A DNA stretch of 64,000 bases from an uncultured Pseudomonadales bacterium. GTDB lineage: Bacteria; Patescibacteriota; Microgenomatia; UBA1400; PJMF01. The notes under the pieces were generated by a model that was not told the origin of the DNA, made no database searches, and was given only the letters and a program-made list of their open reading frames with translations. Below, piece after piece: positions 16,566 to 26,213 of this stretch; position 1 is the first letter of the stretch; the number at the start of each line of letters is the position of its first letter. The position numbers were made by a program, and so were the translations under genes. Where the stretch lies: assembly GCA_964491115.1 (NCBI GenBank), contig CAZBEW010000002.1, positions 62 to 64,061 of the forward strand, given 5' to 3'.

Positions 16566-19500
16566 TTATTTCTTAAATTTATTCCTTAATTTTTGCACTA
16601 AGAAAATAACTATAGCAATGACAGCAAGGGCAGCTGAAAAGAGCAAGAGTGAACTACTGCTAGCCATGTTACTACCTTCATCCAGACCACCTAGACTATC
16701 CAGACTACCGGTCGTAGGTATGAAGTCACTTTGTGTGCTAGTTTCAAGCATTGTGTTTGAAATACTCATTTCCGCACTCTTCGTTACCCCCAGAAGGCCT
16801 GTTTTTAGCATGGCATTATCTATCATGATCATTGATTTTGGCACCATGCCAAAGTCTGGCCAAATATTCACCGAATTATTTTCATTCATTTCGGCATCTT
16901 GGAAACGACTATATCGTGCCATTTCTCGCTCTAAACTAGCCAATTGTTGTTGGTTAACTAGGGCTAGTAAAGAAGAGTAGGGACTAACTAAATTAGCCTG
17001 GCGTGCAGCCAGATCTAGCTGGTCAAGCTGGTTAATATTGCCCACCACTTCTTGATCTTGGTCTTGAACAAATTTCTTAAGCAGTCCTTTGTTGGCAATT
17101 TTGCCAAAAGCAGTGCTTCCACTAAAGAGATCACTGCTTAAATTACCCGATAAGCCCATGTATTCTAAGCTTAAATTTTGATTGAGATTTAAGGCGTTAT
17201 CCGTAATTTTCTCGGCTAAAGTTTTTTTAATTAAGAAATTTCGCAGCGCACTTTCAATGCTGGTGCTCGCTCCACCGCCAGTTTGCCACAGGCCGCTGGT
17301 CATTTCCATGTTGAGCGCTGGTAATTTTTCTTCACTAACCCAATAGACCATGCTGGGCTTGGAGAAGGGGAAATTCTTTAGTTGCGAGAAATCTATATCT
17401 TGACTGGTGACTAGCACTACCAGATCGTGTTGCGCCTTAATTTCTCCTAATTTACTAAAATCACTAACCTTAGAGAAGTGGATAGGTGCTAATAAATCCT
17501 TGAAGTTTTCGCTAGTGATTTTTTCTCCTTGGCTAACAACTTGATTGAATTTATAGAAATCTAGTTGAGCTTCATTTAACCAATTATTATCGCTTTTGCT
17601 TAAGAAGTCGGCAAATTTATCCAGGGTTTGATCGTCTTGATTGTTCGAGGAGGTATCATAGACGATGGCAATTCGATAATCTTTGAGTAAAGGTAAAAGC
17701 TCTTCAACATTGCCACAGGCAATTTTTTGCAATTCTGGATCATTGGCATGAAAAATCACCCGAGCAGTTCTCCCTGCTTCAACTAGGATATTCATTGTTT
17801 CTTGTTTTTGACATAAGTCTAAAACTTGTTCACTTGCCGCAGGTAACTCATTGAGCTCTTCTTTAAGATAGCTGATTTGCCCATCGTAAGAGAGAGTTAT
17901 TGAGCTTGAACCATCAACGAAAACATTTGATTCTTTGGTGTAGTGAGGCAAGGCAAAAACACCAGCGTTTTGAGCAATACTATAGCTAAAGGACACTTTT
18001 TGTCTTTGCCCTTGCAAAGTATTAAAATCATTATTTCCTGGGATAGGGAAGATTCTTAAACGATATTGATTGGGGCCAGTTTGTTCTAAAAGAGCTGGAT
18101 CGCGGTTTTGTCGTAATTGTTGCTCATAAACTTTTTGTGCAGCACCTTTAGGAGCAACAATGCCGGTAAATTCTAGATTTGGCCCAAGCTTGAGATCGTG
18201 GAAAGCTGCTTCATCTGGCAAATTAAACTCATAAATAATTTCTTGTTCTTGCCTGGTCTGATTTTGGTATTCTTCTTCAATGGTAATATTGGCTAATAAA
18301 CCATTAGCCTCGGTATTAACCGTGATTTCCCGATAAGTGAGCAGGACCTCTTTTTCATTTTCTTCTTCATTTTTATTTTTACTTTGAGAATTTTGCGAAT
18401 AATGAGGATAGCCGAATAAATATTCAAAATTATCTGTGAGAGTGTCTTGGTCTTCCCAGCTTTCCCAATAGACCAGTGGATAAGCTAAATTGGTAAAAGC
18501 AGATTGCAAGACTCGAGCGAAACCTTCATTTTCGAATACAATTCCATAGACGTCGACCAAAATCTCATTATCTTTGTCAAATAAATAATGATTGCGTGTT
18601 CTAATTTTGCGTTTGACGAGTTTTTGTAGTTTTTCTTCTTCATTAATCAGTGAGCTCGCGCTAGTTTCTTGAGTAAGATAATCAGCTTTTTGATCAAATT
18701 CAATCAGTTGAGTAAGTAAGCGATTATCTGGCCAGCGAAACAAACTAAGCAAAAATAAAGTAAAAGCAATCAGCCAGCCAAATGCTACTCGTTTGTCTGC
18801 TTTATGTTGTCCTAAAGATTCGATCAGCTTTTGTCGACTTTTTTCAAAAATTTTCCATAAAGTGCGTAAGCCAAGGAATGGTAGAGTACATGCTCCAAGA
18901 ATTAACAAAAAAATGGCAAAAGCCATACCAAGTTGCAGTGCGTGAGCCGGATAATTAGCAAAAGAGCCATAACTGATGTCGAAAAAAAAGTAGTCTTCTA
19001 AATACATTTTTGGTAAACCAATGACAACTATCGGTAAAAAGAAAGAAAATAATAAGGTGAAATAGGCAAGAAATAAGGTGCTGAATTGACTAAAAAAAGC
19101 CACAACTTTACTAGTTGCAGCTGATAATTCCACTTTAGCAAAGTGCACGTAGAGCAAAGGAGGAAGGCTGAGGAAAGCAATTATGCTTAATGCGGTGAAA
19201 AAAGTGACATAAGCAATTGAACTCGAGAGCCTTAATAAAATGGTAGCTAAAGGTAATTCAAAAAAGAAAAAGAATTTCGTCAAGTTGCCGCTTTGGCGGT
19301 GTAAACCTTTGCGCCAGACATAAATCACCGAGACGATAGGTAATAAGAAAGTGGCCAGAAGAGTCAAGGTTTGTACCCATTCAATATTTTTAATAAGTGA
19401 CATAAAATCTTGATTGATAAACAGTGTTGCAAGCATTGACAGGTTAAAAAAGATGAAATAAATATTGTAGGCCCAAAAAAGGAACTTGCCCAGAAAGCCA

Positions 19501-19835
19501 AAACCCTTGCTTTTGGCTTTTTTTATTAGCTCGCGTCCATCATTGGGCTGATTGCTGATGTTGCTTTGCCCTTGAGCAATTTTGTCAATTAAAATTTTTT
19601 GTGCCAGTTGATTAGCCTCTTGAGAAAACTTTGCAGAACCCACATCATTATCTCCAGCAAAAATTTTGATTAAGCCAGTGTCCTCATCAATTAAAACAGC
19701 AGTGCCAATAGCTGCTTTGGGATTTTGTTCTCGATAAAGAGCGATAATTGCCTGTTTAATCTCGGCCATTAAACTCGAGCGAGAAAGACCTGTTTTACTT
19801 GCTAGATCCATTAGTTGGGAAAAACTATTTGACAT
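16566..19835 (-). CDS. giant polytopic membrane protein (about 1089 aa), hypothetical
   Basis: Likely start is MSNSFSQ at 19835, because the ORF-track extension to 19865 translates a promoter-like ttgctt...tatata stretch. Domain order: cytosolic N-domain, ~10 TM helices, a ~650-aa extracytoplasmic domain, and a C-terminal TM plus KK tail. Confidence 0.65.
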   Translation of the reverse strand: MSNSFSQLMDLASKTGLSRSSLMAEIKQAIIALYREQNPKAAIGTAVLIDEDTGLIKIFAGDNDVGSAKFSQEANQLAQKILIDKIAQGQSNISNQPNDGRELIKKAKSKGFGFLGKFLFWAYNIYFIFFNLSMLATLFINQDFMSLIKNIEWVQTLTLLATFLLPIVSVIYVWRKGLHRQSGNLTKFFFFFELPLATILLRLSSSIAYVTFFTALSIIAFLSLPPLLYVHFAKVELSAATSKVVAFFSQFSTLFLAYFTLLFSFFLPIVVIGLPKMYLEDYFFFDISYGSFANYPAHALQLGMAFAIFLLILGACTLPFLGLRTLWKIFEKSRQKLIESLGQHKADKRVAFGWLIAFTLFLLSLFRWPDNRLLTQLIEFDQKADYLTQETSASSLINEEEKLQKLVKRKIRTRNHYLFDKDNEILVDVYGIVFENEGFARVLQSAFTNLAYPLVYWESWEDQDTLTDNFEYLFGYPHYSQNSQSKNKNEEENEKEVLLTYREITVNTEANGLLANITIEEEYQNQTRQEQEIIYEFNLPDEAAFHDLKLGPNLEFTGIVAPKGAAQKVYEQQLRQNRDPALLEQTGPNQYRLRIFPIPGNNDFNTLQGQRQKVSFSYSIAQNAGVFALPHYTKESNVFVDGSSSITLSYDGQISYLKEELNELPAASEQVLDLCQKQETMNILVEAGRTARVIFHANDPELQKIACGNVEELLPLLKDYRIAIVYDTSSNNQDDQTLDKFADFLSKSDNNWLNEAQLDFYKFNQVVSQGEKITSENFKDLLAPIHFSKVSDFSKLGEIKAQHDLVVLVTSQDIDFSQLKNFPFSKPSMVYWVSEEKLPALNMEMTSGLWQTGGGASTSIESALRNFLIKKTLAEKITDNALNLNQNLSLEYMGLSGNLSSDLFSGSTAFGKIANKGLLKKFVQDQDQEVVGNINQLDQLDLAARQANLVSPYSSLLALVNQQQLASLEREMARYSRFQDAEMNENNSVNIWPDFGMVPKSMIMIDNAMLKTGLLGVTKSAEMSISNTMLETSTQSDFIPTTGSLDSLGGLDEGSNMASSSSLLLFSAALAVIAIVIFLVQKLRNKFKK

Positions 19836-19935
19836 ATATAAATAGTATATTGACTTTAAAAGCAAATAACAAGAATTGTTTAAAAATTGGGAGTTTTTGC
19901 TAAATCGATCAATCTTTTTAGATCGGCAAATCTTT

Positions 19936-20550
19936 TTAGATTAACCAACTAGCGAGCAAGTTAATGATTGGACTAAGGAGTTGCACCACTGCCGACTGAC
20001 CATTAAAAATAGGCAAAACGAGAAATAATAAAATATATTGACCATAACGCTCCATAACGGCTTCATACTCCAAACTGCTTTCTACAGGCAGAACAGCTCT
20101 CATAATTTTGCCACCATCAAGTGGATAAACCGGCAATAGATTAAACAAAGCGAGGGAGAGATTAATTTGAATTAAAACTCCAGCAAAAAGACTGAAAAAA
20201 TCGCTAGCAAAGATTCGAGAAAGAACAGATAATACAATTGCAATTAACAGATTGGTGAGTGGGCCAGCAAGAGCAATAATAGCAGTGTCACGAACCGGTG
20301 ATTTAAGGTTGTAGGGATCGTAGGGGGCCGCCTTGCCCCAGCCGAAGCCAGTGAGGATGATTAAGAGGGTGCCTAATGGATCTAAATGTGCGCGTGGATC
20401 AAGAGTAAGGCGGCCCTTCAATCTGGGAGTAGGATCGCCAAGCCCGTCAGTCACGTAACAATGAGCAGCCTCATGCAGGCTGATCGACAACAACAAGCCA
20501 ATTAAGATTAAAAAAAAGGCTAGTGGACTGCTAAATAATAATCCAAGCAT
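19936..20550 (-). CDS. site-2 protease family (peptidase M50) intramembrane zinc metalloprotease
   Basis: HEAAHC (HExxH) in TM1 and NLLPVYPLDGG (LDG motif), which is diagnostic of S2P/SpoIVFB-type proteases. Confidence 0.85.
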   Translation of the reverse strand: MLGLLFSSPLAFFLILIGLLLSISLHEAAHCYVTDGLGDPTPRLKGRLTLDPRAHLDPLGTLLIILTGFGWGKAAPYDPYNLKSPVRDTAIIALAGPLTNLLIAIVLSVLSRIFASDFFSLFAGVLIQINLSLALFNLLPVYPLDGGKIMRAVLPVESSLEYEAVMERYGQYILLFLVLPIFNGQSAVVQLLSPIINLLASWLI

Positions 20551-20555
20551 TGTTC

Positions 20556-20769
20556 CATTCTACTATATGTAACAAGTAAACGCGTGACAAGCGTGAGCCG
20601 CAATTATATGTGACAAATAAATGTGTGGCAAGTGTGGCAGTAATTATATGACAAGCCTGTGTAACTATCTATGACAAGCCTGAGTGAAAAGCCTTGAACT
20701 GATTGCAGTAGCTTGCAATATCTTGCAGCAGATTGCAGAAAAGATCGCTACATGTTAGAATTCTCTCCT
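20556..20769. repeat. repeat-rich leader upstream of rpmB: five (g/a)tg(a/g)caag copies and four (g/t)(a/c)ttgca(g/a) copies
   Basis: Read directly: gtgacaagcgtgag, gtgacaaataaatg, gtggcaagtgtggc, atgacaagcctgtg, atgacaagcctgag, then gattgcagtagcttgcaatatcttgcagcagattgcagaaaag. Confidence 0.5.
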
Positions 20770-21003
20770 ATGAAAAAAGCCACAATTAGCAAGCTTATCA
20801 AAAAGCTTCCTCGAGCATCTCATGTTGGGCACAATGTCTCTCATGCTAAAAATCGCACCAAGCGTAAATTTAAATATAATTTACATGCAACCACAGTGGT
20901 TTTAGATGGTGTGAAGAAAAAAATCAAAGTGCCAACTAGTCAATTGCGCCAGTTAAAAAAAGCTGGTTTGACGACTCATTTTCAAAAGCCCGAGACTAAT
21001 TAA
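20770..21003 (+). CDS. rpmB: 50S ribosomal protein L28
   Basis: SHVGHNVSHAKNRTKRKFKYNLH...KKIKV matches L28 (G-x-x-V-S-H-A-x-N-x-T-K-R-x-F-x-P-N-L). Start taken as MKKATIS at 20770 rather than the upstream in-frame ATG at 20713. Confidence 0.8.
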   Translation: MKKATISKLIKKLPRASHVGHNVSHAKNRTKRKFKYNLHATTVVLDGVKKKIKVPTSQLRQLKKAGLTTHFQKPETN

Positions 21004-21068
21004 GAATAGTTGAGAACAATTAAGCTTAATTTAGTTGAGCGAAAAATTCTTGACAATTTTCCTGAGTA

Positions 21069-22145
21069 TTACCTGAGCAAATTTTGCATTTGTTTGAATT
21101 GACAGGGTTCTTTACCTGCCAATTGTACTTTTTCTAAAAGCAAACGCTGCCCACTTGCTGTTTTTTTAATTTGGCAAGTTAATATTTTTAGTCTTAGGTC
21201 ACCTTTATGTGTGGGAATAATGGTCCATAAACCAGGCCAAGGTTGAAAAGCCCGACAAGCATTGTTAATTAAGTGCATTTGTTCGAGTTTAGTTAATGGA
21301 AAATTACCTAAGATGCCCTGCGCAGCCAATAATTGACACAGTAAAGCCTCTTTTTGACCACTCAGCGAGGAAGGGTTTTTAGCTAAATTATTAAGTTGGT
21401 TTTCTGGAGTTAGGCTCATCAGTTTTTTTAATTGTACCCATGAAATATAGGCATCTGCTTTACTCAAACGTTGGGCAAAGGGAGTGGGTGATTGTTTGGG
21501 CTGTGGAGTGCTGGTTAATTCGCCAGCAATAAATTGTTTGATGTTCTTGGCTAAGGATTTTGTCATCAGGGCAAAAGCTTGTGCGTAATAATCGCTAAGA
21601 GTCCAGCTATCTTCAATCTTAAATTTCTTCTGGATAATTATATCTCCAGCATCTAAATCCTTGCTTACCGTCATGAGGGTGACTGCGCTTTCTTGACTGC
21701 CGATTATGTGCTTTTGCCAAGGTCGTTCTAAGTCTTTAAATAGCATAGCAAATTGTCCAGGAGAACTACCTCGCCAATTAGGCAATAGTGATGGATGAAT
21801 GTTTAGTGTAGTAATTTTGGGAAAAGCTAAAAGCCAATCTGGGATAAAATAGCCAAAATCAACGACCAAAAAAAGATCGATCTCTTGTTCTTTAATTTGT
21901 TTTTTAAGTTGGGGGTTCTTGAGGTTATCTGGTACTAAAAAAATATTAATTTTTTGTGTCTGAGCCCAGTGTGCTAGAGGATTGATGGTCAATAACTGTT
22001 GGCGACCAATCTTTTTCGGAGGTGGAGTTAGCACCCAGACTAAATCAAAAGCCTGGTCTTTCACTAGAGTTTCGGCAATTTTTTGGCTGTGTTGGGTTGA
22101 ACCAGCGATCGCTAAACGAATTTTTTTCTTGCTAATAATGGACAT
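21069..22145 (-). CDS. fmt: methionyl-tRNA formyltransferase
   Basis: IAGSTQ..., VVDFGYFIP, NIHPSLLPNWRGSSP, and C-terminal WPGLWT; lies immediately downstream of def. Confidence 0.88.
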   Translation of the reverse strand: MSIISKKKIRLAIAGSTQHSQKIAETLVKDQAFDLVWVLTPPPKKIGRQQLLTINPLAHWAQTQKINIFLVPDNLKNPQLKKQIKEQEIDLFLVVDFGYFIPDWLLAFPKITTLNIHPSLLPNWRGSSPGQFAMLFKDLERPWQKHIIGSQESAVTLMTVSKDLDAGDIIIQKKFKIEDSWTLSDYYAQAFALMTKSLAKNIKQFIAGELTSTPQPKQSPTPFAQRLSKADAYISWVQLKKLMSLTPENQLNNLAKNPSSLSGQKEALLCQLLAAQGILGNFPLTKLEQMHLINNACRAFQPWPGLWTIIPTHKGDLRLKILTCQIKKTASGQRLLLEKVQLAGKEPCQFKQMQNLLR

Positions 22146-22169
22146 TTTGCCCTTTGTTTTAAAATTTGC

Positions 22170-22778
22170 TTAAAATTTGCTTAAAATTGTGCGATCTTCA
22201 AGCTCCACCCATTGATCTTTTTCCATAATGTAGGCTGGCAAATCCTGCTCCAATAGGTGATCGGTAAATAAAATGCCTTGTAAATGATCGTATTCATGTT
22301 GAATAATTCGGGCTGAAAATCCTTGATATTTTTCCGTTTTCTCTTCAACTTCGCCAGCCTTATTCAAACTTTGATATTTAACAGTCAGCCACTCCCAGCG
22401 GGGAACTGGGCCATAAATTTCTGGTATCGATAAACAGCCTTCAAAATGTTCTGGTGCTTTGAGTAAAGTTTTATTTTTACTGTGGTCAATAATCATTGGA
22501 TTAATAAAAGTAGTTAGTTGCTTTTGATTATTTTCTGGCTTTTGCTCTTTTTCTAGATGCTGATCAGGCTGATCCTGGGGCTGTTGAACACGGCGCATAG
22601 TAAAAATTTGCCAAGCTTTGTTGACTTGAGGAGCCGCTAAACCCACTCCTTCAGGATTTTTTTGGCGCAAGAGTTGCTGTTCCAGTCGCGCAACAAACTT
22701 TAGCAATCTTTTATCGAATTTTTCTACTCGATTAGCCACTAAGCGCAGAGTTGGATGAGGGGCTGTAATAATTTCCAT
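22170..22778 (-). CDS. def: peptide deformylase
   Basis: Motifs GVGLAAPQV, EGCLSIP, HEYDHLQG; carries an inserted Q/P-rich loop. Confidence 0.9.
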   Translation of the reverse strand: MEIITAPHPTLRLVANRVEKFDKRLLKFVARLEQQLLRQKNPEGVGLAAPQVNKAWQIFTMRRVQQPQDQPDQHLEKEQKPENNQKQLTTFINPMIIDHSKNKTLLKAPEHFEGCLSIPEIYGPVPRWEWLTVKYQSLNKAGEVEEKTEKYQGFSARIIQHEYDHLQGILFTDHLLEQDLPAYIMEKDQWVELEDRTILSKF

Positions 22779-22816
22779 GGGGGTATTATACCGTAAAATG
22801 CTTGATTTATTAAGTT

Positions 22817-24949
22817 TTATTCTTTTATTTGCTTCTGTAAAGCTTGCTTTGCCAATTCATTGTTTGGATCAATGTGGTCAAGAATATATTGATAGTTAAG
22901 TGCTGCTTCAGCAGCTTGATTATCTGAGTCCAAAATTTGACCAAGATTATAATAGGCTTGCCAATAATTAGCTTTTAAGTCAATTGCTTGTTTTAGAATT
23001 GTAATGGCGCTTTGGCGATTGCCCAATTCTTCTTCTACTAAAGCCAGATTGTAATAGAGTTTGGCTTCAGTCGGGGACTGGTCAATGGCTTTAAGTAAAG
23101 TCTCTTTAGCCACTTCATAAAAGCCCTTATTTAATTGTGCTAATCTGATAAAAATTCTTGCTCGGTTTTTAAGAAAATTCAGATGCATAGGATTAATTTT
23201 TTGCACATAATTGCTTGTTTCGATGGCTGCTTCGGCAAATTTAGCGCTATTGCTTGCTTGACCTTCTTCGGCAAAAGCAATGGCTAAAATACTATATTGA
23301 CTAGCTAGTTCATCATAAAACAAAGCTTCTTTGGGGGATAATTCGATAGAGTCCTGCATCAGGCTTAAGCCTGATTGCCAATCTCCCTCACGAACATGAT
23401 TATTGGCCTTGTAAAAAAGATTGTCGGCTCGCCAAATTCGCCAGATGCCACGATCGACCACAACCAACATTAATAATATGACAGCGGAGATAAGTAATTC
23501 TGACCAGCTGAGGCGATTTTCTTTGATTTTTGGCCATTTTACCTCTTGCTTGACGATTATTGCTGCATAAAAACTCAAAAGGAGATTGGTAGTGACCGTA
23601 GAAAAACCGAAAAAGTTACTAATAAACATGGCTAATAAAGCACTGGCTAAGGCGATCTGCAGACTAGTTAATTTTTCTTGACGCCACTGCTGAAAAAGAT
23701 AAACAAACAGCGCCACAAACAAGGCTAAATAAGTGATTAAGCCCACTAAGCCGGTGGTGGCTAAAAAATTTAGCAGCTCATTGTGCGCTTTGTTGTATAA
23801 AAAATCCCATTCTGAAAGCAAATTGTGCTCGGCAGGTCGATCTCGATAATAACTATAAGCAAAAGTTTCCACCCCAGATCCAAGCAGTGGATAGCGTTCC
23901 CAGACTTTTAAGGCTCCTTGCCACACTGTTTTACGGATGTCGCTAGACTTAGAACCGCCTGCTTGCTCGGGACTAATTACTGTTTCTTCAGTATTTTGTG
24001 TTTCATTATTCAGGCCCTCGGTGAGCGAGCTTAAGATTGATTGATTAGGATTATTTAAACTTAAATTACGTCCAAAAGTGACTAAGGTTAAAATAATTAA
24101 AAATAGGGGTAATAACAATTGGATAAGATTGAGTTTCTTTTCTTTTTTCTTTTTCAGTAACAAATATTGAGCAAACAATTGGAAGACCAAAGCAATAGCT
24201 AAAGCTAAAATGCCCGATCGAGATTTAGTGAAAAACAAAGCCATGCCTTGTAGGACTAGGAGCAATGAATAAATAATAATTTTGCCTATTTTTTTATGAT
24301 TTGCCAATATTTTTTCCCACAATTGCCAAATTGTTACAGGGATAGTCATGATTAAAAAACTAGCCAACCAATTGGGCTGACCAAAAGTGGCAAATACTCG
24401 ATTTTGCACATCTTGAACCCAGCAAGCCACATTAAAATTACCCGAGACAATGAGACAGCTCATTGAGTGACCAAAATGCTCAGGAATGGCATATAAACTG
24501 ACTAATAAAGCAGCTAGGAGTAGGTTTTTTAGCAGGGCATTTATCTGTTTTTTATCTAAACTGTATTGAGCAGCAAAAAATAAAGAGACATAGGTAAAAA
24601 TAGACAATAAGCCACCGTTAAAACGAGTATAGTAACCAAATATTGAAGTCCGTTGATGAATGGAAAAAATAGTAGATAGCAGTTGTGAAACAAGAAAGGC
24701 GGCTATGACGTAAAAGTCTGGCCGTTGGCGCCAGGGATTGTGTTTTCTGAGCAAAAATCTTAATAAGCATAAAGCCACAATGATACTGGTCAGAACGTAA
24801 ACAAAAATCATTTTGTTGAATTCAAATAATTCTTGATTAAACCAAGTAAAAACAAAAGGAGTGGTGAAAATTAAAATATTAAACAAGGCAAAAATGATGG
24901 TGTCTAGCCAACGATCAATTTTTTGTCTTTCGTGGTTCATAATGTGCAT
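22817..24949 (-). CDS. O-antigen ligase (Wzy_C)-domain membrane protein with C-terminal TPR repeats
   Basis: Multiple TM helices; FTKSRSGILALAIALV is the Wzy_C core. The C-terminal ~200 aa carries TPR-like repeats (AKLYYNLALVEEELGN..., YWQAYYNLGQIL). Confidence 0.75.
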   Translation of the reverse strand: MHIMNHERQKIDRWLDTIIFALFNILIFTTPFVFTWFNQELFEFNKMIFVYVLTSIIVALCLLRFLLRKHNPWRQRPDFYVIAAFLVSQLLSTIFSIHQRTSIFGYYTRFNGGLLSIFTYVSLFFAAQYSLDKKQINALLKNLLLAALLVSLYAIPEHFGHSMSCLIVSGNFNVACWVQDVQNRVFATFGQPNWLASFLIMTIPVTIWQLWEKILANHKKIGKIIIYSLLLVLQGMALFFTKSRSGILALAIALVFQLFAQYLLLKKKKEKKLNLIQLLLPLFLIILTLVTFGRNLSLNNPNQSILSSLTEGLNNETQNTEETVISPEQAGGSKSSDIRKTVWQGALKVWERYPLLGSGVETFAYSYYRDRPAEHNLLSEWDFLYNKAHNELLNFLATTGLVGLITYLALFVALFVYLFQQWRQEKLTSLQIALASALLAMFISNFFGFSTVTTNLLLSFYAAIIVKQEVKWPKIKENRLSWSELLISAVILLMLVVVDRGIWRIWRADNLFYKANNHVREGDWQSGLSLMQDSIELSPKEALFYDELASQYSILAIAFAEEGQASNSAKFAEAAIETSNYVQKINPMHLNFLKNRARIFIRLAQLNKGFYEVAKETLLKAIDQSPTEAKLYYNLALVEEELGNRQSAITILKQAIDLKANYWQAYYNLGQILDSDNQAAEAALNYQYILDHIDPNNELAKQALQKQIKE

Positions 24950-24995
24950 AGTATAGCCGATTTTCTACTTCTTTTTACTCTTTATTTATGTTAAA

Positions 24996-26192
24996 TTGAA
25001 GAGTAAACAAGAAAGCCTGCCTATGACCAATATTCAAGATGATCAGTTAATTAGTCAATACTCTGATGATAGTGCATCAGCAGTGAGCAATGATGAGCCA
25101 GTAATAAGTAATGATGAAGCTAAGCCTGAACAGCCAGTAGCTAAGCCTCAGCCGAGCCGAGCCGATGTTGACGAATTAATTAGTCAATTAGACGCTCTCC
25201 ATCAAGAAATTGCAGCCAAAACCGTAGCTTCTGAAGCTCCAGCAAAAGAGGAGAATGAAGTTGAAAAATTAGCAGCACCACCGGTCACGCCGATGATTGA
25301 AAGTAGTGATGACCCACAATTAGCGCAACCAGCGCCTACACCAATGATTGAGAGCAGTGATACTCCGCAATTACCGCCTGCCCAAACTTCCGACGCCGAT
25401 CTAGATAAATTTATTGAAGATTTGGAAGCGAAAATTGCTAGCAATAAGCAAGCAGAAGAGCCAAAACCTGCTTTTGCTGTAGAAGAGCAACCGGTTCAAC
25501 CCGAGCCAACTGGTAAAACTAAGATTCCATATCTACAACCAATTACTGTTAAAGAAAATTTTAGTCATCAGCGACCATCTTTAGATTTTTCTAAACTAAA
25601 TCAAGATACACAGCCAGATCTTACCTTAAACAATGGCCAACTAGAAGAAGAGCAGCCACCCTTAGCTCAGCCCGAGCCAGCCATAACTACAGCTGCGCCT
25701 ACAACTACAGCTACACCTGAAAGCCCAAATCTTACCCAAGAAGAAGTAGTTGATGCAGAAGATTTAGAAAGTCAAAATATTTTTACAATGTTGAACCTAG
25801 ATCATTTAGAACAGTCAGAAAAAGAAGCCTTTTTAAATGACTTAGAAAAATTAATTTGGGATAATTTTATTGAGGTTGAATTGGCACAGCTACTAAATCC
25901 CGAAGAAAAAGCCCAAGCTGAGCAAATTTTAGCTGATAGCACCAAAGGCGATGACGAACGCAAAGAAGCTTTGTTAATTTATTTGGAGAAATTTATTCCC
26001 AATTTAGAAGAAATAATGTACAAGAAAGCTTTATTGCTGAAGAAAGAAATGTTTGAAGAAAGAATCAGAAAAAGCCGACAGCAGGCCAGTGAAGACAATA
26101 ATTTAAGTTTAATGGCAGATTTAGACCAGATTCAAGAATTAATTAAAGCGGATCGCTACAAAACAGCAATAGCTCTTTTGAATAAAAATTAA
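24996..26192 (+). CDS. acidic, proline-rich repeat-containing hypothetical protein
   Basis: TTG at 24996 or ATG at 25023. Internal duplication PVTPMIESSDDPQLAQPA / PTPMIESSDTPQLPPA (DNA 25281-25383); low complexity, with a helical C-terminal domain. Confidence 0.5.
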   Translation: MKSKQESLPMTNIQDDQLISQYSDDSASAVSNDEPVISNDEAKPEQPVAKPQPSRADVDELISQLDALHQEIAAKTVASEAPAKEENEVEKLAAPPVTPMIESSDDPQLAQPAPTPMIESSDTPQLPPAQTSDADLDKFIEDLEAKIASNKQAEEPKPAFAVEEQPVQPEPTGKTKIPYLQPITVKENFSHQRPSLDFSKLNQDTQPDLTLNNGQLEEEQPPLAQPEPAITTAAPTTTATPESPNLTQEEVVDAEDLESQNIFTMLNLDHLEQSEKEAFLNDLEKLIWDNFIEVELAQLLNPEEKAQAEQILADSTKGDDERKEALLIYLEKFIPNLEEIMYKKALLLKKEMFEERIRKSRQQASEDNNLSLMADLDQIQELIKADRYKTAIALLNKN

Positions 26193-26213
26193 CTTTCTGC
26201 TAAGCTTTGATAT

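Noticed and set aside
16618-16980. 120-aa plus-strand ORF inside the giant membrane protein gene
   Set aside because: Antisense shadow ORF with odd composition (R/S/L-rich). It is fully contained in a long coherent minus-strand gene with TM topology. The same reasoning applies to 2118-2336(-), 2675-3105(-), 5180-5404(-), 13484-13702(-), 25202-25444(-), 30170-30487(+), 31708-32525(-), 33479-33697(-), 37904-38158(-), 45570-45785(-), 47960-48339, 53129-53419(+), 55020-55217(+), 59047-59377(-), 61377-61935(-) and 62940-63224(+).
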